Positions 26,769 through 38,315 are shown, numbered from the stretch's first letter. The stretch: 64,000 nt of DNA from Leptospiraceae bacterium (GCA_040217195.1 JAVJNR010000005.1:384001-448000), one strand, 5' to 3'. Numbers and translations are program-made. Notes: generated by a model not told the origin, from the sequence alone.

Positions 26769-29549
26769 ATGGCATTGTCTTCTATCGCATCTATTCTAAA
26801 CGCAGAACATCAGTATTTTCTTGAAGACCTATACGAAACCTACAGGGCAAATCCTCAATCTGTGGCCGCTGAATGGAGGGATTTCTTTCAGCAAATGGAA
26901 CAGGAAGGTTCCAATGGGCACAGCCATGGGGTGGCGCTGGAAACCAGTTCCATTCCCAAGCTTCTAAAGTCAGATATACTTCGCATTCCAGATACCCAGC
27001 TAAAGGCTTTGATCTTGATGCAGGCGTATCGCCGCCATGGACATTATTCGGCTAACATTGATCCACTGGGACTTCGGGAAACAACCAGGGCCCATCTAAA
27101 ACTGGAAGATCATAACATCAGTTCAGAAGAACTGAGTAAAGAGGTAACAGTTACTTTTGGCGGCCAAACAGTAACAGACACACTGGGCAACCTCATCGAT
27201 AGGCTGGAACGTATTTACTGCGGAAGCCTGGGTTCCGAATACTTCTATATCAGAAGCGAAGAGCGTCGACGCTGGCTCATCGAAAAGCTTGAGTCCGATC
27301 GTTTTCAGAGTCCTCTGGAAAATTCCCTGAAGGAAATGATCTACGAAAAGCTGTATTCAGCTGAGAACTTTGAGAAATACATCGCCACCCATTATCCTGG
27401 CAAAAAAAGATTCTCCCTGGAAGGCGGCGAAAGCCTCATACCAACCCTGGCCGCCGCAGTAGAGATCGCCGGCGAAGATGGAATTGAGCAAATCGTAATC
27501 GGAATGGCTCATCGGGGACGCTTAAACGTCCTGGCCAATATTCTTGGAAAAGATCCAGCTCTTATCTTTGCAGAGTTCAACGAAAACATAACCGAAGACA
27601 TCGATTCCGGAGACGTAAAATATCACCTGGGCTACTCCAGCGACTATGAAACCCTGAGTGGTAAGTCTGTCCATCTCAGCCTGGCGTTTAACCCTTCGCA
27701 CCTTGAAGTGATAAACCCTGTTGTTCTGGGTTCCATTCGGGCCAGGCAGGAAAAAGCGGGGGATGTGGAGAGAAGAAACCATCTGCCATTGATTATTCAT
27801 GGAGATGCGGCCTTCGCCGGACAGGGGATAAACTATGAATGCCTGAATATGTCTGCGCTACCTGCCTATAAGGTTGGTGGTGCCCTCCATATCGTATGCA
27901 ACAATCAGATCGGTTTTACGACCAATCCAGACGATGCCAGATCCACCACCTATGCCACGGATCTGGCCCGAATGCTACATGTTCCCATATTCCATGTGAA
28001 CGGAGATGATCCGGAAGCCTGTTTTCGCGCTGTTCGGCTGGCCCTAGAATGGAGACGAAAGTATCAGACAGATGTTTTCATTGACTTGATCTGCTATCGA
28101 AGACTGGGCCATAACGAAACCGATGAACCGGCATTTACTCAGCCGGTAATGTACAGGAAAATCAAGTCCCATCCATCCACCTTTCAACAGTATGAGAAAA
28201 GACTGACCGATGATGGACTGGATCCGGAAAGACTCACTGCCATTAAGAAAAAGTATCAGGACTCTCTGGACGATGCTTTCAAGCGAGTGGATACGGATGA
28301 GCTTCAAAGCTACATTCAAACACTTACCGGAAACTGGCGGGGATTTCTGAAAATGGATCCCTACTCCAGACCGGATACCAGTATACCACGCAAGACCCTG
28401 GAGCAAATCGCAGAGCATATAACCAGGGTGCCAGAAGGATTTCAGCTTAATCGAAAACTGCAGCGGCTTTTTGACGATCGAAGAGCCATGGTATTTGAAG
28501 ATAAAGGCCTGGACTGGGGAATGGCAGAGATGCTAGCCCTGGGCACACTGGTTCAGGAAGGAATTCCAATTCGAATTACCGGCCAGGATACCAAGAGAGG
28601 CACATTTTCGCACAGGCATGCAGTGGTCTTTGATGGAGAAACGGATGAGGAATATGCAGCCCTGCAGCATATTTCCGAGGATCAGGGACGATTCGAAATC
28701 GCAAACAGCCTGCTCTCCGAGGTCGCAGCCCTGGGGTTTGAGTTCGGATATTCTCTTGCGGATCCCAAGTCGCTGGTGATCTGGGAAGCTCAATTCGGGG
28801 ATTTTGTAAACGGAGCTCAGGTAGTCATCGATCAATTTATTGCCAGCAGCGAAACCAAATGGAATCGATACTCTGGCATTGTATTGCTACTACCCCATGG
28901 CTACGAAGGCCAGGGACCGGAACACTCCAGTGCCCGTCTGGAAAGGTTTTTGCAGCTGTGCAGCCAGTTCAACATTCAGGTAGCCAATTGCACTACTCCG
29001 TCTCAGTACTTTCATCTATTGCGAAGGCAGATGCACAGGAATTATCGCAAGCCGCTAATTGTAATGAGTCCTAAATCCTTGCTGCGGCACCCCAGGGCCA
29101 AGAGCCAGCTAACCGATTTCACCGAGAATTCCTTCGAGGAAGTTCTGGATGAATCGGATCCTTCTATCGATAAAGAAAAGGTAAAGGCCCTTCTGTTTTG
29201 CAGCGGTAAAATCTACTACGATTTATTGGAACAGAGGGAGCAGGAAGAAATCAGGGATATTGCCATTATTCGAGTGGAACAGCTTTATCCATTTCCCAAT
29301 GAGCAGATCCAGAGTATTCTGAAACAGTACAAAAAGGCCAAAGATATTACCTGGGTTCAAGAAGAGCCTAGAAACCAGGGAGCCTGGATCTATATGGAAA
29401 ACCTGCTCGGCCACCTATGCCGGGCCAGACTGAACTACTGTGGTCGAGCCCCATCACCCAGCCCGGCCACAGGATATTTCAAGGTGCACGTAAAAGAACA
29501 GACCAGCATTGTAGAAGAAGCTCTACAAATAAAATCGGAGGAAGACTGA
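26769..29549 (+). CDS. sucA: 2-oxoglutarate dehydrogenase E1
   Basis: [75 protein letters not shown]. Confidence 0.98.
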   Translation: MALSSIASILNAEHQYFLEDLYETYRANPQSVAAEWRDFFQQMEQEGSNGHSHGVALETSSIPKLLKSDILRIPDTQLKALILMQAYRRHGHYSANIDPLGLRETTRAHLKLEDHNISSEELSKEVTVTFGGQTVTDTLGNLIDRLERIYCGSLGSEYFYIRSEERRRWLIEKLESDRFQSPLENSLKEMIYEKLYSAENFEKYIATHYPGKKRFSLEGGESLIPTLAAAVEIAGEDGIEQIVIGMAHRGRLNVLANILGKDPALIFAEFNENITEDIDSGDVKYHLGYSSDYETLSGKSVHLSLAFNPSHLEVINPVVLGSIRARQEKAGDVERRNHLPLIIHGDAAFAGQGINYECLNMSALPAYKVGGALHIVCNNQIGFTTNPDDARSTTYATDLARMLHVPIFHVNGDDPEACFRAVRLALEWRRKYQTDVFIDLICYRRLGHNETDEPAFTQPVMYRKIKSHPSTFQQYEKRLTDDGLDPERLTAIKKKYQDSLDDAFKRVDTDELQSYIQTLTGNWRGFLKMDPYSRPDTSIPRKTLEQIAEHITRVPEGFQLNRKLQRLFDDRRAMVFEDKGLDWGMAEMLALGTLVQEGIPIRITGQDTKRGTFSHRHAVVFDGETDEEYAALQHISEDQGRFEIANSLLSEVAALGFEFGYSLADPKSLVIWEAQFGDFVNGAQVVIDQFIASSETKWNRYSGIVLLLPHGYEGQGPEHSSARLERFLQLCSQFNIQVANCTTPSQYFHLLRRQMHRNYRKPLIVMSPKSLLRHPRAKSQLTDFTENSFEEVLDESDPSIDKEKVKALLFCSGKIYYDLLEQREQEEIRDIAIIRVEQLYPFPNEQIQSILKQYKKAKDITWVQEEPRNQGAWIYMENLLGHLCRARLNYCGRAPSPSPATGYFKVHVKEQTSIVEEALQIKSEED

Positions 29550-29551
29550 GT

Positions 29552-30802
29552 ATGTCCCAGGAAATTAAAGTACCACCCATGGGGGAATCCATCACAGAGG
29601 CCACCGTGGCCGACTGGCATTTCTCCGAAGGTCAGAGCTTCAATAGTGGCGATATTTTAGTAGAACTGGAAACGGATAAGGTTACCATGGAAGTGCCTGC
29701 TCCCACAGCAGGTAAACTAACCAGTATAAAGAAACAGTCCGGCGAAACAGTACAACTGGATGAAGTGCTGGCCACCATCGAAGAAGGAGCCGGTACATCC
29801 GATTCCGATTCAGGAAGCGAAAGCAAATCCGAATCCGCTCCGGCCCAGAGTTCCAGCCCTCAGCCTGCAGAATCCCAAAGCAATCGTCAAAATGAAACGG
29901 TACCCCCTGGAGCCCGCCGATTGGCCTCAGAACAGGGAGTGGACACTTCCAATGTTCAGGGCACCGGAAAAGGTGGGCAGGTAAGAAAAGAAGATGTGGT
30001 GAATCATCTCGAAAAAGGCAGTTCTTCCGCCTCTTCTGGCAGTTCCGCACCGTCCAGGCCAGTAGCCAGTGAAGCCATAAAACCCAGCCGTCAGAAAACC
30101 GGCGAAAGGGAAAAGGTCGAGCCCATGAGCCGACTGAGACAGAAGATTGCCGAGCGATTGGTTTCAGCGCAACAAACAGCAGCCATTCTTACTACGTTCA
30201 ACGAAGTTGATATGAGTCGGGTAATGGATATTCGCAATCAGTACAAAGATCTGTATGCGAAGAAATACGGTATAAAACTTGGATTCATGTCCTTCTTCGT
30301 AAAAGCAGCCGTGGAGGCCCTCAAGTCCTATCCGGCTATTAATGCAGAAATACGCGGAACAGACATAGTACACAAGAATTACTATGATGTTGGCGTGGCT
30401 GTGGGTGGTCCCAGAGGTCTCGTTGTTCCCATTGTTCGGGACGCAGATCTGCTAAGTTTCGCAGAGATTGAAATGGAAATCGCACGGCTGGCCGGTCGTG
30501 TTCAGGAAGGCAGCATTTCCCTGGAAGAAATGACCGGTGGAACGTTTACCATATCCAATGGCGGAATCTATGGCTCCATGCTTTCCACTCCAATTCTGAA
30601 TCCACCACAGAGCGGTATTCTGGGAATGCATAATATTACCAAGCGAGCCATGGTTGTGAACGATGAAATCGTAATTCGACCCATGATGTACCTGGCACTT
30701 TCCTATGATCATCGTATAGTGGACGGAAAGGAAGCGGTGAGCTTTCTTGTGAAGATCAAGGAATGTATTGAGGATCCAGAGAGAATCCTACTGGAGATTT
30801 AA
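29552..30802 (+). CDS. sucB: 2-oxoglutarate dehydrogenase E2 dihydrolipoyllysine succinyltransferase
   Basis: Start corrected to [16 protein letters not shown] (ATG 29552, GGAGG upstream). Lipoyl ETDKV, E3-binding [14 protein letters not shown]. Confidence 0.97.
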   Translation: MSQEIKVPPMGESITEATVADWHFSEGQSFNSGDILVELETDKVTMEVPAPTAGKLTSIKKQSGETVQLDEVLATIEEGAGTSDSDSGSESKSESAPAQSSSPQPAESQSNRQNETVPPGARRLASEQGVDTSNVQGTGKGGQVRKEDVVNHLEKGSSSASSGSSAPSRPVASEAIKPSRQKTGEREKVEPMSRLRQKIAERLVSAQQTAAILTTFNEVDMSRVMDIRNQYKDLYAKKYGIKLGFMSFFVKAAVEALKSYPAINAEIRGTDIVHKNYYDVGVAVGGPRGLVVPIVRDADLLSFAEIEMEIARLAGRVQEGSISLEEMTGGTFTISNGGIYGSMLSTPILNPPQSGILGMHNITKRAMVVNDEIVIRPMMYLALSYDHRIVDGKEAVSFLVKIKECIEDPERILLEI

Positions 30803-30829
30803 GACCGGGAACAATAGCAGGAAAACATC

Positions 30830-32239
30830 ATGCAACAATTCGACTACACTGTAATAGGCGGCGGGCCAGGAGGCTACGTCAGTGCAATTCGTGCAGCTCA
30901 GCTTGGGTTTAAAGTAGCTGTAATCGAAAAAAGCCCTACTCTGGGCGGAACATGCGTAAACGTGGGTTGTATTCCATCCAAAGCGTTGCTGGACTCTTCG
31001 GAAAAGTTTCATGCTGCCAGCCATGAGTTTGCAGACCATGGAATCAATGTTGGCTCTGTGAAGATTGATGTTAAGAAGATGATGGAACGAAAGGTCTCTG
31101 TAGTCAAAGAGCTCACCGATGGTCTTGATTTTCTTATGAAAAAGAATAAGATCACCGTTTTTCGCGGCACAGGCACCATGCAAAAAGCCAGCACCGAAAA
31201 AGTGGAGATCAAGGTAAGCGGCGAATCAGAAGAGACTCTGGAATCCAAATACTGTATTATTGCTACAGGCTCCGCTCCCATCGCCATCCCGGGCATGGAA
31301 ATCGATGAAAAGCAGATCATAACCTCGGACACAGCCATCGCCCTGGAAAAAGTACCTGAATCCATGACCATTATTGGTGGTGGCGTCATTGGTCTGGAAC
31401 TGGGTTCTGTCTGGAATCGTTTGGGTACTAAAGTCACCATAGTAGAGATGTTACCTGACATTCTTATGACCCTGGATGGTCAGATGCGAAGCGTGGCTCG
31501 AAGAACCCTACAGAAACAGGGCCTGGAATTCCTGTTCGAGCATAAGGTTACCGAAGCTAAAGCTGGCAAGAAAGGCGTGGATATCAAAGTTCAGGATAAG
31601 AATGGCGAAGAGAAGAAAATAAATTCAGAAATACTTCTAGTTTCTGTGGGTCGGAAGCCTTTCACCGATGGCCTGGGTGCTGAGAATGTTGGAGTCAAAA
31701 TCAACGATCGAGGCCGAGTGGAAGTGGATCCACACACCTTGCAGACATCGGTGCCCAACATCTATGCCATTGGTGATGTAATTGAAGGTCCCATGCTGGC
31801 TCATAAGGCAGAAGAAGAAGGTGTCATGGTAGCCGAGAATCTGGCCGGCAAGAGCGGACATGTAAATTATGATACCGTTCCCTGGGTTGTTTACACCTGG
31901 CCCGAAATAGCCTGGGTTGGAAAAGGCGAAGAGCAGCTCAAAAAAGAAGGTATTGAGTATCGCACAGGTAAGTTTCTATTCAAACCCAATGGTCGTGCCA
32001 AGGCCATGGGCCAGGGAGATGGGCAGGTCAAAATCCTGGCCGATAAGAGAACCGATACAATCCTGGGCGTTGCCATTGTAGGTCCCAACGGCTCCGAGTT
32101 ATTATCAGAAGCGGTGATAGCCATGGAATTTGGCGGTTCAGCAGAAGACATTGCACGAACGTTTCATGCGCATCCTACACTTTCCGAAGTGATGAAGGAA
32201 GCGGCCCTGGATGTAGATAAACGTTCTTTGCACTCCTGA
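30830..32239 (+). CDS. lpdA: Dihydrolipoamide dehydrogenase E3
   Basis: [40 protein letters not shown]. Confidence 0.98.
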   Translation: MQQFDYTVIGGGPGGYVSAIRAAQLGFKVAVIEKSPTLGGTCVNVGCIPSKALLDSSEKFHAASHEFADHGINVGSVKIDVKKMMERKVSVVKELTDGLDFLMKKNKITVFRGTGTMQKASTEKVEIKVSGESEETLESKYCIIATGSAPIAIPGMEIDEKQIITSDTAIALEKVPESMTIIGGGVIGLELGSVWNRLGTKVTIVEMLPDILMTLDGQMRSVARRTLQKQGLEFLFEHKVTEAKAGKKGVDIKVQDKNGEEKKINSEILLVSVGRKPFTDGLGAENVGVKINDRGRVEVDPHTLQTSVPNIYAIGDVIEGPMLAHKAEEEGVMVAENLAGKSGHVNYDTVPWVVYTWPEIAWVGKGEEQLKKEGIEYRTGKFLFKPNGRAKAMGQGDGQVKILADKRTDTILGVAIVGPNGSELLSEAVIAMEFGGSAEDIARTFHAHPTLSEVMKEAALDVDKRSLHS

Positions 32240-32510
32240 TTCTTTCAGAAAATCCCGTTACTCCAGGATTGCGAAAAGTTGCCCTGGAAAAACGGGGCCT
32301 TTCTGAGGATGAGCGGGTAGTTCAGTCTGAAGGGTTCTACATTCAAAATTCGAATTAGATAATGGCCGGAAAAAAACCCGGAAATGGGGCCAGGATCCAG
32401 AGGTAACAGAAAGTGGCCAGCACTCCTCCAATTCGCAAAGGACCTAATTGCTTGCGAAACAGCAAGGAGCCCCTTTCCCAGGCGATAATGCTTCTGGCGA
32501 TTTCATTATC

Positions 32511-32954
32511 ATGAGTGATACCGAGAAACAACCGGAAATCCGGGTAGACTACAGCCATGAAATGAAGCTGCACAATTCGCCCTGGATTCGGTTCCTGTTC
32601 TGGTCTGGAGGAACTGCTTCGCTCATCCTCGGTATCCTGGGAATATTTCTACCGGTGCTTCCTACCACTCCCTTCCTATTGCTTACTGCCTATCTTTATA
32701 CCAGGTCTTCGGAACGATTTTATAACTGGCTAATGAACCATCCTTACCTGGGCCCATATATTCGGCAGTGGGTAGATCATCGCACCCTTACATTGAATAC
32801 TAAATTCTCTGCGGTGGGATTACTAACCGCTACAATAGTCAGCAGTAATGTTTTCTTTGTAAGCTACTCCATGGCCCATATTGCCATGGCATTGACTGGA
32901 ATTCTGGTAAGTATCTACATACTTCAATTCAAGACCCGGGAAATGGAAAGATAG
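32511..32954 (+). CDS. YbaN/DUF454 family membrane protein
   Basis: LGILGIFLPVLPTTPFLLL..RSSERFYNWL..HPYLGPYI; start at ATG 32511 or 32557. Confidence 0.9.
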   Translation: MSDTEKQPEIRVDYSHEMKLHNSPWIRFLFWSGGTASLILGILGIFLPVLPTTPFLLLTAYLYTRSSERFYNWLMNHPYLGPYIRQWVDHRTLTLNTKFSAVGLLTATIVSSNVFFVSYSMAHIAMALTGILVSIYILQFKTREMER

Positions 32955-34006
32955 CTCAAGTAGGCAATGGCAGCCGTTTCCACTCTGAGTATTTGCGGGC
33001 CCAATGGAACGATTCTGCAATTACCATCCTGTTGAATCTCATGCCAGGCTTTTCGGTCTTCATCACTGAAGCCGCCTTCGGGACCCACAACAATCAGGAT
33101 TTCTCGGGAATTCTCGGGATTCGGTGCAAGAGCCGATTCTTGAACTTTTGCACGATAGCTACCTCTGTCAGCGCCGGAAGCCCGGCTATCGTCACGATTT
33201 CGTGGCCCATCAGAAGCATGGCTATAGGCGCTTTTTCTTTCTGCGTCGGAAAGCAGGTTGTGATTTCCCTCACTGCTTGCGTCGGAAAGCAGGTTGTGAT
33301 TTCCCTCACTGCTTGCGTCGGAAAGCAGGCTGTGATTTCCCTCACTGCTTGGCTCGGAACCCCGGCTCTTGTCGCTTTTTCTTCCTGAATGGAGCGGCAA
33401 ATCGTTAGACCCGCCTGGATATTCATGACCAATGGAACCGACCCTGGCTGGATCTGTGGATGCCAGGCTCAGTTCACGAGATTCCGGCAAATCCAGAATA
33501 TGAATCTGAACCCCGATTTTCAGCTGGCCTAGTAGAAACTCTTTAATTTGGTCCCGATCCAGGTTTCTTTCCAGAACGGGCAAATACCAGGATTCACTTT
33601 GAGCGGCTGCTTCCCTGGATAACCTTTCAAATCGATCAGGGGAAACCTTTTCGCGCACAGAGCGCTGAAATTCTGCAGGTATGAAGCGGCGCAGGCCCAG
33701 CTCCGTGCACTTCTCAATAAGCCAATCCCTTCTACTGCTTTTTGGAATGGCACTTAACAATGCGAAGGATGGTAAGCTTTCCGTGGGCTTTTCGCAGTTT
33801 CCAGTTAATTCTACCCGGGCTCGTTTTTTCTCAGTCCAGCTCAATGGTCCGGACCAACGACGACCGTTTCCGTCCCCTACATGAATTATGGCTCCATCGG
33901 ATAACCGCCGAGCACGTGCATGGGCATTTTCCCGGGCATCCAGATCAACAGTCTGTGCCTCCAGGAGATCCGGCCAGGTATTCTCCGTACGAAATATCAG
34001 AAACAT
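32924..34006 (-). CDS. rsmE: 16S rRNA m3U1498 methyltransferase RsmE with ~110-aa low-complexity insertion
   Basis: K..RDWLIEKCTELG, EAAAQS, IVVGPEGGFS, LGPQILRVETAA. Confidence 0.92.
   Translation of the reverse strand: MFLIFRTENTWPDLLEAQTVDLDARENAHARARRLSDGAIIHVGDGNGRRWSGPLSWTEKKRARVELTGNCEKPTESLPSFALLSAIPKSSRRDWLIEKCTELGLRRFIPAEFQRSVREKVSPDRFERLSREAAAQSESWYLPVLERNLDRDQIKEFLLGQLKIGVQIHILDLPESRELSLASTDPARVGSIGHEYPGGSNDLPLHSGRKSDKSRGSEPSSEGNHSLLSDASSEGNHNLLSDASSEGNHNLLSDAERKSAYSHASDGPRNRDDSRASGADRGSYRAKVQESALAPNPENSREILIVVGPEGGFSDEDRKAWHEIQQDGNCRIVPLGPQILRVETAAIAYLSYLSISRVLN
33242..33349. repeat. 36-bp tandem repeat x3 (12-aa unit SSEGNH[NS]LLSDA) within rsmE
   Basis: TGCGTCGGAAAGCAGGTTGTGATTTCCCTCACTGCT at 33242, 33278 and 33314; the third copy has one substitution. 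Confidence 0.95.
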
Positions 34007-34052
34007 GTTTTTTGTTTACAGATAGAACACTGCGGAGGCTCTGGAACTACTT

Positions 34053-34136
34053 GCCGAAGTGGTGGAATTGGTAGACACAGTGGATTCAAAATCCACCGGG
34101 AGCAATCCCTTGTCGGTTCAAGTCCGACCTTCGGTA
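34053..34136 (+). tRNA. tRNA-Leu (CAA)
   Basis: Acceptor GCCGAAG/CTTCGGT, anticodon arm GTGGA-TTCAAAA-TCCAC, long variable arm GGGA-GCAA-TCCC, T-loop GGTTCAAGTCC; CCA not encoded. Confidence 0.96.
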
Positions 34137-34143
34137 AGTAATT

Positions 34144-34317
34144 TTAAACCAGTCCTCTAATGCATCGTGGATTCCCGCAGCTTCCATGCTTGCAGTTACA
34201 ATCAAAACGGATTCCCGTTCTGTCATCCACAGGATGCAATTCCCTGCGATTTCGAAGCAGTACCTTGCGCAGATTCTGTTCGGTTTTCTTCTCTTTGATG
34301 ATAGCGGCAACAGCCAT
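34144..34317 (-). CDS. 57-aa basic Cys-rich microprotein (not in ORF track)
   Basis: Manual translation MAVAAIIKEKKTEQNLRKVLLRNRRELHPVDDRTGIRFDCNCKHGSCGNPRCIRGLV*. It is preceded by GGGAGGTGA-GCT-ATG and fills the gap between the DGC gene and tRNA-Leu without overlap. Confidence 0.7.
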   Translation of the reverse strand: MAVAAIIKEKKTEQNLRKVLLRNRRELHPVDDRTGIRFDCNCKHGSCGNPRCIRGLV

Positions 34318-34427
34318 AGCTCACCTCCCTGTGACCTTTCGGCAACTGCCATCCGTGTTCTCTGGCTCCCCGGTTTTCTGTATATTCGTCCGACGGACAA
34401 AAGAAGAGCCTTAAATTAAGTATCGGA

Positions 34428-35483
34428 TCAGCCCATGTCCGGACTGTACTGCATGACTTGATTTCTGCCCGCTCTTTTGCAGGCGTAAAGGGCCTTATCC
34501 GCCCGATTGATGAGCCCTTTATTGGTCCTTACGTCCACTTCCGGGTCAAAAAAGGAGATTCCCACGGACATGGTAACTTTCATTTCATCATCATCGGATT
34601 GGACCACCATGTCTTCGATTTTCTTTCGAATCTCCTCTGCCTTGGCCATGGCCGTTTCCTCGTCGGCACCTGGCATTACCAGACAGAATTCTTCTCCACC
34701 GTACCGGGCCGCAAAATCAGTGTTTCGAGCACATTCAATGAGCACTCGAGCTACGGCTTTCAGGACTTCATCTCCGGCCTGGTGACCGTAGGTATCGTTG
34801 AAGTTCTTAAATTTATCTACGTCTGTAAGAAGCAATGCCAGCGGAGTTTTTCGCTTTGTGGCCTTATCCCTTTCCTCTTTCATCCGGCTCTGAAAATAAG
34901 CATGGTTCTTCAAGCTGGTCATTAAGTCCACGGTGGCTCGCTCATAGAGACGAGCATTCTCCACGGCAATGCCACCCAGACTGGCCAGATCCACCAGAAA
35001 GCTGCGTTCGGATTCCGGGTACTCCCCACCCACAGCCTTTTCGCCCAGGACAATCAATCCGATCACCCGGTTCTTGGCCCTCAAAGGAACTATGAGTTCG
35101 GCCCCCAGGCTACGAAGCATACCAAGTGTAGTATCTCCTGGAAGGTTTTTTTCGAACTCCTCCAGGGTAAGGGACTTGTTATGGTTCTCGAAAAAGATAA
35201 CAATGGGTGACTCTACAGAGATTTCGTAGGTTTCCGGCGGCATATTCAGGTCGAAGCCTTTGTATCCTTCCACCATGGTCAGTATTTCTGCATCCATCTC
35301 CGGAGTCAGAAAGAGAGCTGCCTGCAGGGTTTGCACCTGGGCCAGACAAATGTCCAGGATTGCGTTAATTAGGTACTTATAATCCAGGGTAGAATTCAGA
35401 GCACGAGAGATTTCAATCAGCTGCTTCTGATCGTAGATCTTCTTCTCGTAATGCTGAATCTCCTCAGGGATGGACATTGACAT
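34428..35483 (-). CDS. GAF-GGDEF diguanylate cyclase
   Basis: GAF (LIVPL..IGLIVLG..VENARLYE), D.MT.L.N, DVDKFKNFNDTYGHQAGD, I-site RNTD, RYGGEEF. Confidence 0.95.
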   Translation of the reverse strand: MSMSIPEEIQHYEKKIYDQKQLIEISRALNSTLDYKYLINAILDICLAQVQTLQAALFLTPEMDAEILTMVEGYKGFDLNMPPETYEISVESPIVIFFENHNKSLTLEEFEKNLPGDTTLGMLRSLGAELIVPLRAKNRVIGLIVLGEKAVGGEYPESERSFLVDLASLGGIAVENARLYERATVDLMTSLKNHAYFQSRMKEERDKATKRKTPLALLLTDVDKFKNFNDTYGHQAGDEVLKAVARVLIECARNTDFAARYGGEEFCLVMPGADEETAMAKAEEIRKKIEDMVVQSDDDEMKVTMSVGISFFDPEVDVRTNKGLINRADKALYACKRAGRNQVMQYSPDMG

Positions 35484-35766
35484 AGGGGCAATGGATGCCC
35501 CTTACTGCGAAAAGTTCAAACCATTTTCTATTCAGGCCGGTACCCGGTTCACCTGACAAATGCACCAGTTGCGTGTAGAATCTTGCTTAGTAATGCAGGC
35601 ATAATGCATCGGCCCAATATGCGAAAAGCGTTCGATTCTAGAATATTGTGCCCATTTAGATTTCTGAAGGGAGTATCTCAATTGCGGTTTTCCTGGCAAA
35701 GCAGAGTAGCCGGCTAAAAAAACTCACTTGACGTCATGCATGCCCTCACAATTCTTGTAGGAACAC

Positions 35767-35839
<73 letters not shown>

Positions 35840-35876
35840 ATCGGTCGGGGGCTCCTACGGGAGCCAGAGACCCTGT

Positions 35877-35953
35877 GGCGAAGTAGCTCAGGTGGTTAGA
35901 GCAGTGGAATCATAATCCACGTGTCCGGGGTTCGAGTCCCTGCTTCGCTACCA
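35877..35953 (+). tRNA. tRNA with CAT anticodon, probably elongator Met
   Basis: Acceptor GGCGAAG/CTTCGCT, GTGGA-ATCATAA-TCCAC, GGTTCGAGTCC, encoded ACCA end. Confidence 0.93.
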
Positions 35954-35967
35954 TTACCTATGAGCCT

Positions 35968-36957
35968 GTGCTAACCGCATCGATAATCCTAATTGCACTG
36001 CTCATTCTAATTCAGTTAACTTGCACCCGGACCTTCATACGGTGGGGATTTAGAACTCTGTTCAAAGTCCATCTGCACTATGAAGGGCCCGGGATGATTC
36101 TGGGCCTCTGGTTTCAGGCAAGAAACCTCAAATTATCCTTTGCACCGGATCATTCTACGGATCGATTCTATTTTGAATCCGATCGAATCCATTTCGCGGT
36201 TTCCCCTCTGCATCTATTGTTTGGCCGAATTCTGCTCATCAAGGCATTTCTGGGCACAGCCTACTTCGAATACATAAACCGGATTGATTCGCATAAGAAA
36301 AATCGGCTTCTGCCCCGGCGGCATAGATTTGAGCTCAAAGATCTAGATGTGGAAAATGGCACGGTATCTGTGGTAGATGAGACCCTGCCCGGTCCTTATC
36401 GACTGAGCATTTCCGATATTCATCTGGAAGGGGCTGACATGGACCTTTCCACTCCGGTGGATCTTTTCTTTCGCATGAAGCGAGGGCATGCCTTGATTGG
36501 CTCCGGTAGCATTGAAGCAGGGAAAAGCCGGGAGACCGGCTTCATAAGAGTCCGGGGAATTACCTATGGCGAGATCACAAGTATGGAGCGTCTGCCACTG
36601 ATGGGCTATGGTTTTTCACTCACGGCCTATCATCGTGGTGGATCGGACAGTCGGGAAGTAGAAGGCAGACTGCGAATCCTGGATTCCAGCGGAAAAGGAA
36701 GCGATGATCAGGGCATCCCTTACGGATTTCTTATTAAATGGCCTGACTATAACCTGACCATGGATCTGGGGATTCAAAAACTCATAGAAAACGTTTTAAA
36801 AAGTGCACGGCCAGGTTTAATGGAGCGCGGACTGGTTCTGGGCTCCCGGGGAGTCTTTGATCTGGTAAAAAAGCCCCAGGGCGAAGGAGAATCGATCTCA
36901 GATAAATTGGACTTTGATCTCGAGAGCGATAAAAAAGGAAGCGATAAGCAGGACTAA
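35968..36957 (+). CDS. Hypothetical protein with N-terminal anchor, AsmA-like beta-rich character
   Basis: 329-aa ORF with a hydrophobic N-terminus; patterns SPLHLLFGRI and LDVENGTVSVVD recall AsmA N-termini. Confidence 0.55.
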   Translation: MLTASIILIALLILIQLTCTRTFIRWGFRTLFKVHLHYEGPGMILGLWFQARNLKLSFAPDHSTDRFYFESDRIHFAVSPLHLLFGRILLIKAFLGTAYFEYINRIDSHKKNRLLPRRHRFELKDLDVENGTVSVVDETLPGPYRLSISDIHLEGADMDLSTPVDLFFRMKRGHALIGSGSIEAGKSRETGFIRVRGITYGEITSMERLPLMGYGFSLTAYHRGGSDSREVEGRLRILDSSGKGSDDQGIPYGFLIKWPDYNLTMDLGIQKLIENVLKSARPGLMERGLVLGSRGVFDLVKKPQGEGESISDKLDFDLESDKKGSDKQD

Positions 36958-37256
36958 CCAGTCAGACTAGCTCCGTACAGCCACATTCACCATGCCTGGC
37001 TGGTCAACAGAGAGAATAGGCCTCGAGCAACAGCAATTTCGCGTTCAACCTCCATCCGAAGACTACCCCGACACGACGCTCAGAGTCGCCGCAAAAAAAT
37101 TTCTGACTGTAGTCCCGGAGATTTAACATGCCGATGCCAGAATGGCATGGCGCGTGCAGCCTGGATGGACCTACGGAACCCTTTTTCGGTCCGGATCCCG
37201 TTATATATATCTTTTAATTTATTGTAATTTTTCTCAATCTTCTCTATATTGACTGC

Positions 37257-38315
37257 ATGCGATTAACTTCATTTATTTTTTGTATAGCAATTATTACATA
37301 TTCTTCCGGATGCAGCCAGAACGATTCCAATCAAGAACCAACGATTCTAGCTCTGGCACTAATTGCTGCAGCTCCGGCAAATAGAATTCCGGATACAAAC
37401 CTTTCCAGATGCTTCGACGAGAACGGCAGCGAACGAAACTGCGCCGGAACAGGTGAGGATGGGGAATACATAAACACTCCTGCCCCGTACTCCATGGGGC
37501 TTTCGAATGGAAACTTGACGGCCACCGAAAGTACATCGCAGCTGACCTGGAAACGCTGTCCGCGGTATCAAGTCTTTGATGGAAATACATGTGCGGTACA
37601 GAGTAATCAGACATTTACCTATGAACAGACCAGGCAGATTTGCTCAGAACTAACTTTCTTGAACAAGGAATGGAGGTTACCATCTTCGAGGGAATCAGCC
37701 ATGCTATTCGATTACTCGCTTCCTGGCGGAACCCGTACTCTAGATCCGGTAATCTTTCCCGGAAACCAGTGGAACGGATTCTGGACAGGCAGTGTAAGAA
37801 CTGCGAACGGGACCGATGCCTTGTTTCAGGCAAAAAATGGTACGAATCAATTTCGCCCAAAGTCTGCAAGTACCCTGTTCAGGTGTGTCTCGGGACCCAA
37901 ACTTCCCACGGCAGAGTTTTCAATCCTGAGCTCTGAAGTCATTCGGGAGCGCACTTCGGGACTGAGTATTCAAAGGTGCTCTGCAGGTACCAATCCGAGC
38001 ACCGGTTGCTCGGGCACAGGATTCGATCATACCTGGCAACAATCTCTGGATTACTGCAAGAATTTGAATCTGGCCGGCTACACTGACTGGAGGCTACCCA
38101 ACCTTCGTGAAATGCTATACCTGCTACGCCCGGGCATAAATGGACTTCCGGAAGGAGTCTTTACCGGTGACGGCTCGGCTGGGCCCCATTGGACATCAAC
38201 AACGAACATAGATGGATTCCGGGATGAGGCCTATTATCTGGATGCAGAATCCAATGTTAGATCCAAATCAAAAACAGATCCCTATAATGTTACTCGTTGC
38301 ATCCGAGGACCCTAG
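37257..38315 (+). CDS. Lipoprotein with two DUF1566 (Lcl C-terminal) domains
   Basis: Lipobox-like YSSGC; IPDT..C..TGEDG; two copies of L.W.RC..(T)W/Y..C..L..WRLP..E..W(T)S..(R)CV. Confidence 0.88.
   Translation: MRLTSFIFCIAIITYSSGCSQNDSNQEPTILALALIAAAPANRIPDTNLSRCFDENGSERNCAGTGEDGEYINTPAPYSMGLSNGNLTATESTSQLTWKRCPRYQVFDGNTCAVQSNQTFTYEQTRQICSELTFLNKEWRLPSSRESAMLFDYSLPGGTRTLDPVIFPGNQWNGFWTGSVRTANGTDALFQAKNGTNQFRPKSASTLFRCVSGPKLPTAEFSILSSEVIRERTSGLSIQRCSAGTNPSTGCSGTGFDHTWQQSLDYCKNLNLAGYTDWRLPNLREMLYLLRPGINGLPEGVFTGDGSAGPHWTSTTNIDGFRDEAYYLDAESNVRSKSKTDPYNVTRCIRGP

Noticed and set aside
29417..29551. N-terminal extension of sucB in the ORF track
   Set aside because: It overlaps sucA; the conserved start with an SD is ATG 29552.
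33242..33349. 36-bp repeats as a CRISPR array
   Set aside because: The repeats are head-to-tail with no spacers, in frame inside rsmE, and there are no cas genes.
34318..34427. c-di-GMP-I riboswitch in the leader next to the DGC gene
   Set aside because: Only a GTTGCCG-like fragment is present; the GCAAA/GNRA tetraloop-receptor architecture is absent.
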